A program made the position numbers and the translations under genes. The notes under the pieces are model-generated. The model saw only the letters and a program-made list of their open reading frames with translations, was not told the DNA's origin and made no database searches. Of a stretch of DNA of 64,000 nucleotides, positions 18,473 to 25,852 are shown piece by piece; position 1 is the first letter of the stretch; each line of letters begins with the position of its first letter. Source of the DNA: Chloroflexota bacterium (GTDB lineage: Bacteria; Chloroflexota; Anaerolineae; JACRMK01); assembly GCA_016235055.1 (NCBI GenBank), contig JACRMK010000046.1, positions 34,958-98,957 on the forward strand. The letters are read 5' to 3'.

Positions 18473-19566
18473 CGTGCAAAGTTAGGTTGTTCCGTTTTAC
18501 TGCCATTAAGATGGCTTGTCAAGCGCTGCCAATCGGAAACCATCGCTTCGACGCGTACGGCCGCCTCTGCATCTTCCGGCAGCGGGCCGTCGTGCAGGTC
18601 GGCGTACGACGCGCGCTTGTGCGGCGGCACGCAGCCGGCCAGCGTGCCGAGCATCAAGCTCCAGCAGCGCGCGACCGTTTCCGGATGATAGCCGCCGCCG
18701 CCGAACAGCAATAACCGCCCGCCGCACAACTGGTGCGCGGCCGCGTGCAGGCGCTCAGTCAGCGCCTGGTAGGTCTGCGTGGTCAACTGCAATCCGACGA
18801 GTGGGTCGTTGGCGTGCCCGTCGGTGCCGAACTGGACGAGCACGAACTGCGGCCGGTAGGCGCGCAGCGCGGGCAGCGCCACGCGATCGAACGCGTCGAG
18901 GTAGGCGCTGTGTCCCGTCCGGCGCGGCAGCGGCAGGTTGATGTTGTGGCCGAGGCCGGCGCCTTCGCCGTGGTCTTCCAAGCGGCCGGTGCGCGGGTAG
19001 AAGCGCCCGTCGTACTGGTGCAGGGAGATGGTCAGCACCGGTTCGGCGTACAGCAGGTTCTGCGTGCCGTCGCCGTGGTGCCCGTCCACGTCTACGACCG
19101 CGATGCGCGATAGCCCCTGCGCCTGCAGCCAGCGCACGACGATGACGATGTCGTTGAAGATGCAGAACCCGCCGGCGCGGTCGCGCTGCGCGTGGTGCAG
19201 GCCGCCGCTCGGGTTGAAGACGTGGTCGGCTGCGCCATCCATGATCAGCCGCGCGCCGAGCAGCGAGCCGCCGACGCTCAGGCGCGCGCGCTCGAACACG
19301 CCGGGGTAGGCCGGCGTGTCGCCGCCGTCAAGGAAGCCGCTGCCCTCGGCGTCGCGCTGCCGGACATAGTCGACGTACTCCGGCGTGTGCACGCGCAGCA
19401 GTTCGTCCACGCCGGCCGGCGCCTGCCGCTCGACGCGCAGCCCGTTGGCAAAGAAGCCAAGCGACTCAAACAGACGGTAGCTGTCGCGGTAGCGCATCCA
19501 CGAGCGCTGCATCCGCGCGAAGCCGCGCTCGTTGTAGCGCGGGTGGTAAATGAGGACGGTCGACAT
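18469..19566 (-). CDS. Histone deacetylase-family protein (AcuC / acetoin utilization-like deacetylase)
   Basis: 365 aa from internal ATG; zinc-site motifs DVDGHHGDG and GGGGY typical of HDAC/arginase-fold deacetylases. Confidence 0.85.
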   Translation of the reverse strand: MSTVLIYHPRYNERGFARMQRSWMRYRDSYRLFESLGFFANGLRVERQAPAGVDELLRVHTPEYVDYVRQRDAEGSGFLDGGDTPAYPGVFERARLSVGGSLLGARLIMDGAADHVFNPSGGLHHAQRDRAGGFCIFNDIVIVVRWLQAQGLSRIAVVDVDGHHGDGTQNLLYAEPVLTISLHQYDGRFYPRTGRLEDHGEGAGLGHNINLPLPRRTGHSAYLDAFDRVALPALRAYRPQFVLVQFGTDGHANDPLVGLQLTTQTYQALTERLHAAAHQLCGGRLLLFGGGGYHPETVARCWSLMLGTLAGCVPPHKRASYADLHDGPLPEDAEAAVRVEAMVSDWQRLTSHLNGSKTEQPNFAR

Positions 19567-19573
19567 GCGGGGT

Positions 19574-19909
19574 CTACCAGATCCAGCGCTTCGGGCTGTA
19601 GCCGAAGACGAGCACGCCGCAGGCCGCGGCGGCCGAGACGACCGCCATGGCGATGACATCTTCGACGGGCGTCACGCCGAACAACCAGATGCCAAGCACC
19701 TGCTGCGGGTCGAAGTACCACGCGCCCCACTGCCCGCCGAGCGGGTCGGTGACGAGCATCCACAGTTCGGCGATCAGCACGACCGTGATGATTATGCGGC
19801 GGCGGCTCCAGAGAAAGCGCGCGTTGCGCGCCCACAGGATCGCCATGAACAGCGCGCCCATCGCCCCCGTCATCACGAGATAGGTGGCGCGCGGGGGAAT
19901 CAGATCCAT
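19574..19909 (-). CDS. Lycopene cyclase domain protein (heterodimeric CrtYc/CrtYd type), subunit 2
   Basis: 111-aa membrane protein with PVED (PxE[ED]) motif; ATGA overlap with upstream subunit. Confidence 0.75.
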   Translation of the reverse strand: MDLIPPRATYLVMTGAMGALFMAILWARNARFLWSRRRIIITVVLIAELWMLVTDPLGGQWGAWYFDPQQVLGIWLFGVTPVEDVIAMAVVSAAAACGVLVFGYSPKRWIW

Positions 19910-20223
19910 CAGACGCGGCCCTCCGCTTCGGCCAGGACGATCGTCAGTGCGCCGAACAACACGGTGATGGCGGCGATCCAGATCCACTCTTCAATCGGCA
20001 GGCCGAGCAGCCAGATATTGGCGATGTGCTCCGGCGCGTAGAACCAGACGCCGCGCCGCACGGCCAACGCGTCCCACAGCCAGCCGCCGGCCAGCGAGCC
20101 GAGCGTGACCCACGTCAGCGCGCGCCGCTGCTTCCAGAAGACCTGTCGCCAGCGCAGCAGCGCCAGCAGCGGCACGCCCATGCAGAGCGCCAGCCAGATC
20201 AGGTATGTGTAGTGACCGAACAT
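19909..20223 (-). CDS. Lycopene cyclase domain protein (heterodimeric CrtYc/CrtYd type), subunit 1
   Basis: 104-aa membrane protein with PIEE (PxEE) motif. Confidence 0.75.
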   Translation of the reverse strand: MFGHYTYLIWLALCMGVPLLALLRWRQVFWKQRRALTWVTLGSLAGGWLWDALAVRRGVWFYAPEHIANIWLLGLPIEEWIWIAAITVLFGALTIVLAEAEGRV

Positions 20224-20233
20224 AGCTGTTATC

Positions 20234-20452
20234 GGGGATCGGGTTTCAGGTGTCAGGGATCAGGGGATAGGGTATAGGGCATAGTGAGAGCGTCTTGCGC
20301 CGGCCGTCGACATCCGCTTCGCGCAGCAACGCCTTGCTCCGATCCCGAATACCCGATGCCCGGACTCTATGCCTTGTTCCCCGAAACCTGACCCCTGATT
20401 CTCTATTCCCTATCCCCTGATCCCTGACACCCGATCCCTGATACCCGACCCC
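20234..20452. repeat. Large imperfect palindrome in divergent promoter region
   Basis: Left arm GTGTCAGGGATCAGGGGATAGGG is mirrored as CCCTATCCCCTGATCCCTGACAC about 140 bp away; arms extend to about 50-85 bp with mismatches. Confidence 0.6.
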
Positions 20453-20500
20453 CGCTCAACGCGTTTGATTATACCGCCGATATTGTGGTATTGTGATGAT

Positions 20501-21724
20501 ATGCCGCGCGCTGAGCCGCGGCTTCCGAAAATGTCAGACCTCCGAATCAAAGGGCTTGTCGCCGCGATGAACCGCGCCCGCGAGGGGTGGAGTCACGGCG
20601 TGCCCGTCGCCGAAGCCGACGATTTCCGCCGCATGGTGATGGATACGGTCGCGCAAGTCGAAGCGATCTGCCGGCGCAACCAGGTCAAGCCGTCGCAACT
20701 GCCCGGCCCCTCGTACCGCGCGTACCGCTACCTCAAGTCGCTCGATCTGGCCGCGCTGCCGGTCTGCGACGAGTCGGCGGCGCCGTCGCGCGCCGTGCGC
20801 ATCAAGAACGCCATCGCGACCGCGAACCGCATCCGCGCCGACCTGCTGGCGCTGCCCGGCCGCGCCGAACCGGCCGCCCTGCAGCATGGCCCCGCGGCCG
20901 CGCTGCTGAAGCGCATCCAGTCGCAGTCGCGCGCGATCGAGGAGATCTGCGCGCGGCTGTCGAGCTCGCCGGCGCGCCTGCCGCTGCCGTCGCGCCGCGC
21001 GTACCAGTGGCTCAAGTTCCTCAGCGCGACCGACAATCTGCTGTCGCACTGGGCGACGCTGGCGCTGGTGCGCGAGATCATCGGCAGCCTGCGCTGGATC
21101 AAGCAGCGCTGGCCCGGCTACGCCTTCAGCTTCGAAATCTACCCGAGCGACTATCTGTACCGCGCCCAGGTCAATCACACGCAGGTGCGCATCGTCGCCG
21201 CGCCCGGTTTCGTCGGCGCGCCGCCCGATGCGCTCGAAGCGTTGGTGCGCGCGGCGGTCAGCCGCCGGCAGGCGAGCGCAACCAACGCGGTCAAGCGCTA
21301 CATCAACGGCGAGGACTTCGCCGAGGCGTCGCTGGCGTTCGAGTTGTGCCTGGAGCGCCCCGACGGCGGCCTGAAGGGGCGCCACTACGACCTGGCCGAG
21401 GTGTTCGCGCGCGTCAACGCCGCGTACTTCGACGGGTGCATGCCGCGCCCGCGCCTGCAGTGGAGCCGCACCGTCACCGAGCGCACGATGGGCCACTATC
21501 AGGTCGAGAGCGACACGGTGATGATCAGCATCGCGCTCGACGACCATCGCGTGCCGCAGTACGCCATCGACTTCGTGATGTACCACGAACTGCTGCACAA
21601 GCAACTGGGCGTGCAGTTCGTGGACGGGCGGCACTACGCCCACACGCGCGCCTTCCGCGAGGCCGAGAAGCGCTTCAAGCGCTACGACGACGCCGAGGCG
21701 TTCCTGCAGTCGCTGGCGCGCTGA
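20501..21724 (+). CDS. Putative zinc metallohydrolase with C-terminal DUF45/SprT-like HExxH domain and N-terminal internally repeated domain
   Basis: C-terminus ...ISIALDDHRVPQYAIDFVMYHELLHKQ...HTRAF resembles YgjP/DUF45 metal-dependent hydrolases; two about 33-aa N-terminal repeats (...EAICRRNQ...PSYRAYRYLK / ...EEICARLS...PSRRAYQWLK). Confidence 0.65.
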   Translation: MPRAEPRLPKMSDLRIKGLVAAMNRAREGWSHGVPVAEADDFRRMVMDTVAQVEAICRRNQVKPSQLPGPSYRAYRYLKSLDLAALPVCDESAAPSRAVRIKNAIATANRIRADLLALPGRAEPAALQHGPAAALLKRIQSQSRAIEEICARLSSSPARLPLPSRRAYQWLKFLSATDNLLSHWATLALVREIIGSLRWIKQRWPGYAFSFEIYPSDYLYRAQVNHTQVRIVAAPGFVGAPPDALEALVRAAVSRRQASATNAVKRYINGEDFAEASLAFELCLERPDGGLKGRHYDLAEVFARVNAAYFDGCMPRPRLQWSRTVTERTMGHYQVESDTVMISIALDDHRVPQYAIDFVMYHELLHKQLGVQFVDGRHYAHTRAFREAEKRFKRYDDAEAFLQSLAR

Positions 21725-21739
21725 CCGGAAAGCCCACCG

Positions 21740-21955
21740 CAGAGCACGCAAAGAGCGCAAAGAAAAGCTTTGTTGACCGTGAATAACGCGAATTGGCGCT
21801 AGTCGAACGCTAACCGCAGAGAACGCAGAGGAAAACAAGACCAACCGCAAAGCACGCAAAGAGCGCAAAGGAGAACCCTGCTTTCGATTGGCGTCGATTC
21901 GCGTTATTCGCGGATAGAGAGCTTTTCTTTGCGGTCTTTGCGCCCTTTGCGGTTC
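21740..21955. repeat. MITE-like element, family 2 (nested inverted repeats; inner GAATAACGCGAAT / ATTCGCGTTATTC)
   Basis: Outer inverted repeat CGCAAAGAGCGCAAAG / CTTTGCGCCCTTTGCG and inner CCGCGAATAACGCGAAT-type termini; related copy at 56831-56974 and solo ends near 2712, 6465, 24808. Confidence 0.6.
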
Positions 21956-22026
21956 AATGTTCTTGGTGTCCATTCGTGTTCCTTCGTGGACAAAGGTGAT
22001 GTTGAATCTTCCCTGGGGATTTTCTA

Positions 22027-23052
22027 ATGACTGACAAGCTGACCATTATGATCGCCTCGCAACTGGAGCCGGAGCACATCGAGCGCATCCGCGCCGTCGA
22101 TCCGCGCATCGAGGTGCTATACGACCTCGCGCTCGTGCCCCAGATGCGCTACATCGCCGACCACACCGGCGGCCCGTTCCAGCGCACGCCGGAACAGCAG
22201 GCGCAGTGGCTCGACTGGCTTAAGCGCGCCGAGGTGCTGTTCGACTTCGAGCGCGCCGCACTGAAAGATCTGCCGGTCACCGGCCCGCGCGTCAAGTGGA
22301 TCCAGTGGACGAGCGCCGGCATCGGCCAGGTGATCAAGGGCGCGGGCATCGACCGGCTGCCGATCGCGCACACGACCGCCAGCGGCGTGCATGCGCGGCC
22401 GCTGGCCGACTTCTGCCTGATGGTCATGCTGATGACGGTCAAGAACTTCCTCTGGATGCAGCGCGACAAGCGTGCGCACCACTGGGAGCGCTACTGCGGC
22501 GAGGAACTGACCGGCAAGACGCTGGCGATCGTCGGCATGGGGCGCGTCGGCAGCGAGGTGGCGCGCACCGGCAAGCTGATGGGCATGTGTGTGATTGGCA
22601 TGCGCCGTGGCACCGAGCCGGCGCCGTACGTCGACCGGATGGTCACGCGCGCGGAACTGCCCGACATGCTGCGCGTGGCCGACTTCGTGGTGCTGATCGC
22701 GCCGCACACGCCCGAGACGGAGAACCTGATCGGTGGTACGGAACTGGCGCAGATGAAGCCGACCGCCGTGCTGATCAACATCGCGCGCGGCCAGTTGGTG
22801 GACGACGCCGCACTGGTGCGCGCCCTGCAGAGCGGCCAGATCGCCGGCGCGGCGATCGACGTGGCGCGCGTCGAGCCGCTCGACCCGGCGTCGCCGCTGT
22901 GGGCGATGCCGAATGTCGTCATCAGCCCGCACTCGGCCAGCACCGTGACGGCCGAGAACGATCGGATCATGGACATCTTCTGCGAGAACATCGGCCACTA
23001 CCTGCGCGGCGAGCCGATGCGCAACCGCTGGAACCCCGATCTGCTATATTGA
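22027..23052 (+). CDS. D-isomer-specific 2-hydroxyacid dehydrogenase, NAD-binding
   Basis: GxGxxG-type motif IVGMGRVG, conserved catalytic R/E/H region (NIARG..., ISPH). Confidence 0.85.
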   Translation: MTDKLTIMIASQLEPEHIERIRAVDPRIEVLYDLALVPQMRYIADHTGGPFQRTPEQQAQWLDWLKRAEVLFDFERAALKDLPVTGPRVKWIQWTSAGIGQVIKGAGIDRLPIAHTTASGVHARPLADFCLMVMLMTVKNFLWMQRDKRAHHWERYCGEELTGKTLAIVGMGRVGSEVARTGKLMGMCVIGMRRGTEPAPYVDRMVTRAELPDMLRVADFVVLIAPHTPETENLIGGTELAQMKPTAVLINIARGQLVDDAALVRALQSGQIAGAAIDVARVEPLDPASPLWAMPNVVISPHSASTVTAENDRIMDIFCENIGHYLRGEPMRNRWNPDLLY

Positions 23053-23057
23053 TTGGC

Positions 23058-23092
23058 AACCCTTCGGGTCTTCAAGACCCGAAGGGTTTTTT
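23058..23092 (+). terminator. Rho-independent terminator (CCCTTCGGGTC family) after dehydrogenase gene
   Basis: Palindrome AACCCTTCGGGTC-ttcaa-GACCCGAAGGGTT followed by TTTTTT. Confidence 0.65.
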
Positions 23093-23121
23093 GGATTCGC
23101 GAAACGACCGGAGGCGCGGAT

Positions 23122-24765
23122 ATGATCATCAAACGCCTGCTATACCTCGCCTGCACGCTCGTCGCGCTGTTTGCCGCGTACCGCATCCTTGTCGTGGACG
23201 GCGGCATCGTACGTACCTCGACCGTCGTAGATGGCATCCCGGTCGAGATATTCGCGCCGGCACCTGAGCCGAACGCGCGGCTGCCGCGAGTGTACCCTGC
23301 TGTCGTTATCGCACATGGCTATGCGGGAAGCAAGCAGGTCATGTACGAACTGGCGCGCACCCCGATCTATTTGTCACCGGATCAAGGTTTGTTTGTAGCG
23401 GGATTGCTCTCTGGTCCTGGACAGGCAATCGCTGTCACGTTCGACTTCACCGGGCATGGCGCTAATACAACTCCGCTTTCAGCGACCGCACGACTAGATC
23501 AACTGCAGAAGGATATAGGCCGCATTGTGCAGTACGCGCGCTCGCTGCCCAATGTGGATCCAAATAGCATCGCTTTGATTGGTCACTCGATGGGGGCCGG
23601 CGCAGTCGTGCAATACGCCAATCAACACCCGGATATCAAGGGGGTCATATCCATTTCGGGAGGCGCTACCGAGGTGACGCCCAACGCGCCGAAGAATCTG
23701 CTATTGCTGGCCGGTGTTCTCGAATTCGATTCAATCAAGACAGCCCAGAAGATCGCTCTGGCAAACGCGGGGGGCTCGTCCGAAGCATTTTGGTCAGGAC
23801 GGGCGCGAGCATTGGAGTTTGTACCGTCTTCAGAGCACCTTACGGTTTTGTGGAATGACATGACGCTAGTCAGCGCGGCGAGTTGGTTACGGTATTGCTT
23901 TCTCGGAGGGATTCCAGATCGCCTGAGAATAATCGATCGTTGGGGACCATCATTTTGGCAAACGTTGCCACAATCACTGCTTACCGTGCGGGCTATTCAG
24001 GCAGCGCTCTTGCTATCGCTCGCCGTCTTCGTCCTCTTCTTCCCCCTCTCATCATTCGCCGTGTCGCGGCTCGGCCTGCGCGTGGCCGCGCCCGTGCCCG
24101 CCGGTCTGCCGTACGGGCAGGTGCTGCTCGTCGCGCTCGTGCCGGCCGTGCTCGCGCCGCTGATCCTGCGTGGGCTGTCGCTGACGCCGATTGACCCGGC
24201 GACGTGGCTGCCGATCCAGATCGTCAACTACATGGCGATGCATTTCCTGCTGTACGCCGCGCTAATGCTGGGAGTGCTGCGACTGTTCGGCGTGCGCGAC
24301 CTGTGGGCACGCATCCGGCGCAATCTGCGGCCGGCTGCGCTCGTGCTGGCGGCGCTGTTCTTCGCGTGGATCTACGTCACGAACGGGGTGGTGGCGCACC
24401 TGACGTGGCTGAACTTCCTGCCGTCGGGCAGCCGGCTGTGGCTCTGGCCGGTGGTCTGCGCGTTGGCGATGCCGTACTTCGTGCTGAACGAGTATGTGAC
24501 GAAAGCGGCGACGATGCGGCGGAGCGCGCTGAACGAGTTGACCTCGAAGGTCGCGCTGATCGGCTCGCTGCTGTTCGCGGTGGCGATCACGCCGGGGTTG
24601 TTCTTCCTGCTGCTGGTGATCGCCGTCTTTGCGGTCTTCTTCGCCGTGTATGGCGCGTACGCGGTGCGCCTGCATAGCCTGACCGGCAACCCGCTGATCG
24701 CCGCGCTCGGCTACGCGGCTATGACCGCCGCGTTGCTCGTCGCCGTGTTCCCCATCACCGGATAG
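23122..24765 (+). CDS. Alpha/beta-hydrolase fold protein fused to C-terminal polytopic membrane domain
   Basis: GGAGG 7 nt upstream of internal ATG; N-terminal signal anchor; GHSMGAG nucleophile elbow (GxSxG); about 250-aa C-terminal region of 6-8 predicted TM helices. Confidence 0.75.
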   Translation: MIIKRLLYLACTLVALFAAYRILVVDGGIVRTSTVVDGIPVEIFAPAPEPNARLPRVYPAVVIAHGYAGSKQVMYELARTPIYLSPDQGLFVAGLLSGPGQAIAVTFDFTGHGANTTPLSATARLDQLQKDIGRIVQYARSLPNVDPNSIALIGHSMGAGAVVQYANQHPDIKGVISISGGATEVTPNAPKNLLLLAGVLEFDSIKTAQKIALANAGGSSEAFWSGRARALEFVPSSEHLTVLWNDMTLVSAASWLRYCFLGGIPDRLRIIDRWGPSFWQTLPQSLLTVRAIQAALLLSLAVFVLFFPLSSFAVSRLGLRVAAPVPAGLPYGQVLLVALVPAVLAPLILRGLSLTPIDPATWLPIQIVNYMAMHFLLYAALMLGVLRLFGVRDLWARIRRNLRPAALVLAALFFAWIYVTNGVVAHLTWLNFLPSGSRLWLWPVVCALAMPYFVLNEYVTKAATMRRSALNELTSKVALIGSLLFAVAITPGLFFLLLVIAVFAVFFAVYGAYAVRLHSLTGNPLIAALGYAAMTAALLVAVFPITG

Positions 24766-24839
24766 AACTTTTCACCGCAGAGAGCGCAGCGAGAACCTTT
24801 GTATCCGCGAATAACGCGAATCGGCGCGAATAGAACAAC

Positions 24840-24995
24840 TGCGTCCCCCAATGAACGCAAAGAGCGCAGAGGTTACTCCCTGCGCTCTCGTCATCTCTTC
24901 ATCCAGTTATCTTGTCATCTCTTCATCCAGTCATCTTGTCATCTCTTCACCTTGTCACCTTGTCACCTTGTCATCTTGTCATCCCGTCATCTTTC
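24840..24995. repeat. Short tandem repeats (CTTGTCAYC units) next to solo family-2 repeat end
   Basis: TCATCTCTTCATCCAG... then CACCTTGTCACCTTGTCACCTTGTCATCTTGTCATCC; similar GTGACAGGATGACAGG tract in inverted orientation near 6380-6450. Confidence 0.55.
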
Positions 24996-25479
24996 AGATG
25001 ACCGGCTTCTCCTTGTCGGTCAGGTTGACGACGACGGCGCGGCTCGCCTTGACCAGGTCGGCCGGCGCAATCAGGATCTCCTCGCCCCACTGGCCGGTGC
25101 CGACGCCGAGCACGCTCTCAATCAGCAGTGACGCTTCGAGGAACGAGCGGAAGCCCGGCCTCTGCCAGTGAAACGGCGGGATCGAGCCGATCTCGTAGCC
25201 GGTCGTCGTTTTGACCGCTTCCGGGCTGGCGAGCTTGATGTTGCGCGAGTTGAGCACCTTCTTCAGGTGCCCGGAGATCGCGCTCTGGTCGCCGCCGAGC
25301 ATGATCAGTGCCCGCTCGCCGCGGTCGTTCTCGAAGATCAGCGTCTTGACCATCTGCCGCTCGTTGAAGCCGAGCGCGCGCGCCACCGAGGCCGCGCCTT
25401 TCTCGATGTCGGTCGGGAATGAGCGCCGCTCGTATGGAATATTCTGCTGGTCGAGGTAGTCGTGGGATGGCAGGTTCAT
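24994..25479 (-). CDS. ybaK: YbaK/ProX-type aminoacyl-tRNA deacylase (Cys-tRNA(Pro) editing domain)
   Basis: 161 aa from internal ATG with AGGAGA upstream; central G-rich loop and K...GG editing-domain pattern (MVKTLIFENDRGERALIMLGGD). Confidence 0.75.
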   Translation of the reverse strand: MNLPSHDYLDQQNIPYERRSFPTDIEKGAASVARALGFNERQMVKTLIFENDRGERALIMLGGDQSAISGHLKKVLNSRNIKLASPEAVKTTTGYEIGSIPPFHWQRPGFRSFLEASLLIESVLGVGTGQWGEEILIAPADLVKASRAVVVNLTDKEKPVI

Positions 25480-25587
25480 CGCGGTCTCCTGTGCCGGTTG
25501 GCGTAGTGCGCGTATTATAGCCGAACCGCATCCACGAAGGAATACAAAGGGGCACGAATAGACCGCCGACACACAGCAATCCCGACC

Positions 25588-25687
25588 GTCATGCCGGCAA
25601 GTAGTAAGCCGGCATCCACGACCACGGCACGCAAAAGCCCGTGACTCTTGGCCGTGTGGATTCCGGCCAAAATCACGCCGGAATGAC
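25588..25687. repeat. MITE-like element, family 3 (termini GTCATGCCGGCA ... GCCGGAATGAC)
   Basis: About 100 bp with 11-bp terminal inverted repeats and internal hairpin GCCGGCAAGTAGTAAGCCGGC; second copy 41470-41568. Confidence 0.6.
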
Positions 25688-25852
25688 AAATTGCCGATTG
25701 TTGCCGACTTTTAGCGCTTCTTGCCTGTTTGGTGCCCCTTCGTGCCGCTTCGTGGACAATGCTCCCGCGATTTCTGGTATACTTTCAAGGATACGGCCGC
25801 GCGCGGCGGCGCGCCAGCCGGCTGGCGCTGGTTACCCACGGAGGACGCGAAT

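Noticed and set aside
18424-19835. Several 60-190-aa ORFs on the + strand opposite the deacetylase and lycopene cyclase genes
   Set aside because: Arg/Ala-rich antisense translations without start context
20534-21973. 479-aa antisense ORF (and 399-aa alternate-frame ORF 20587..21786) over the SprT-like gene
   Set aside because: No motifs, extreme Arg/Ala content, and it runs through MITE family 2 sequence
24851-25171. 106-aa ORF reading SSSYLVISSSSHLVISS...
   Set aside because: Translation of the CTTGTCAYC tandem DNA repeat; no start context
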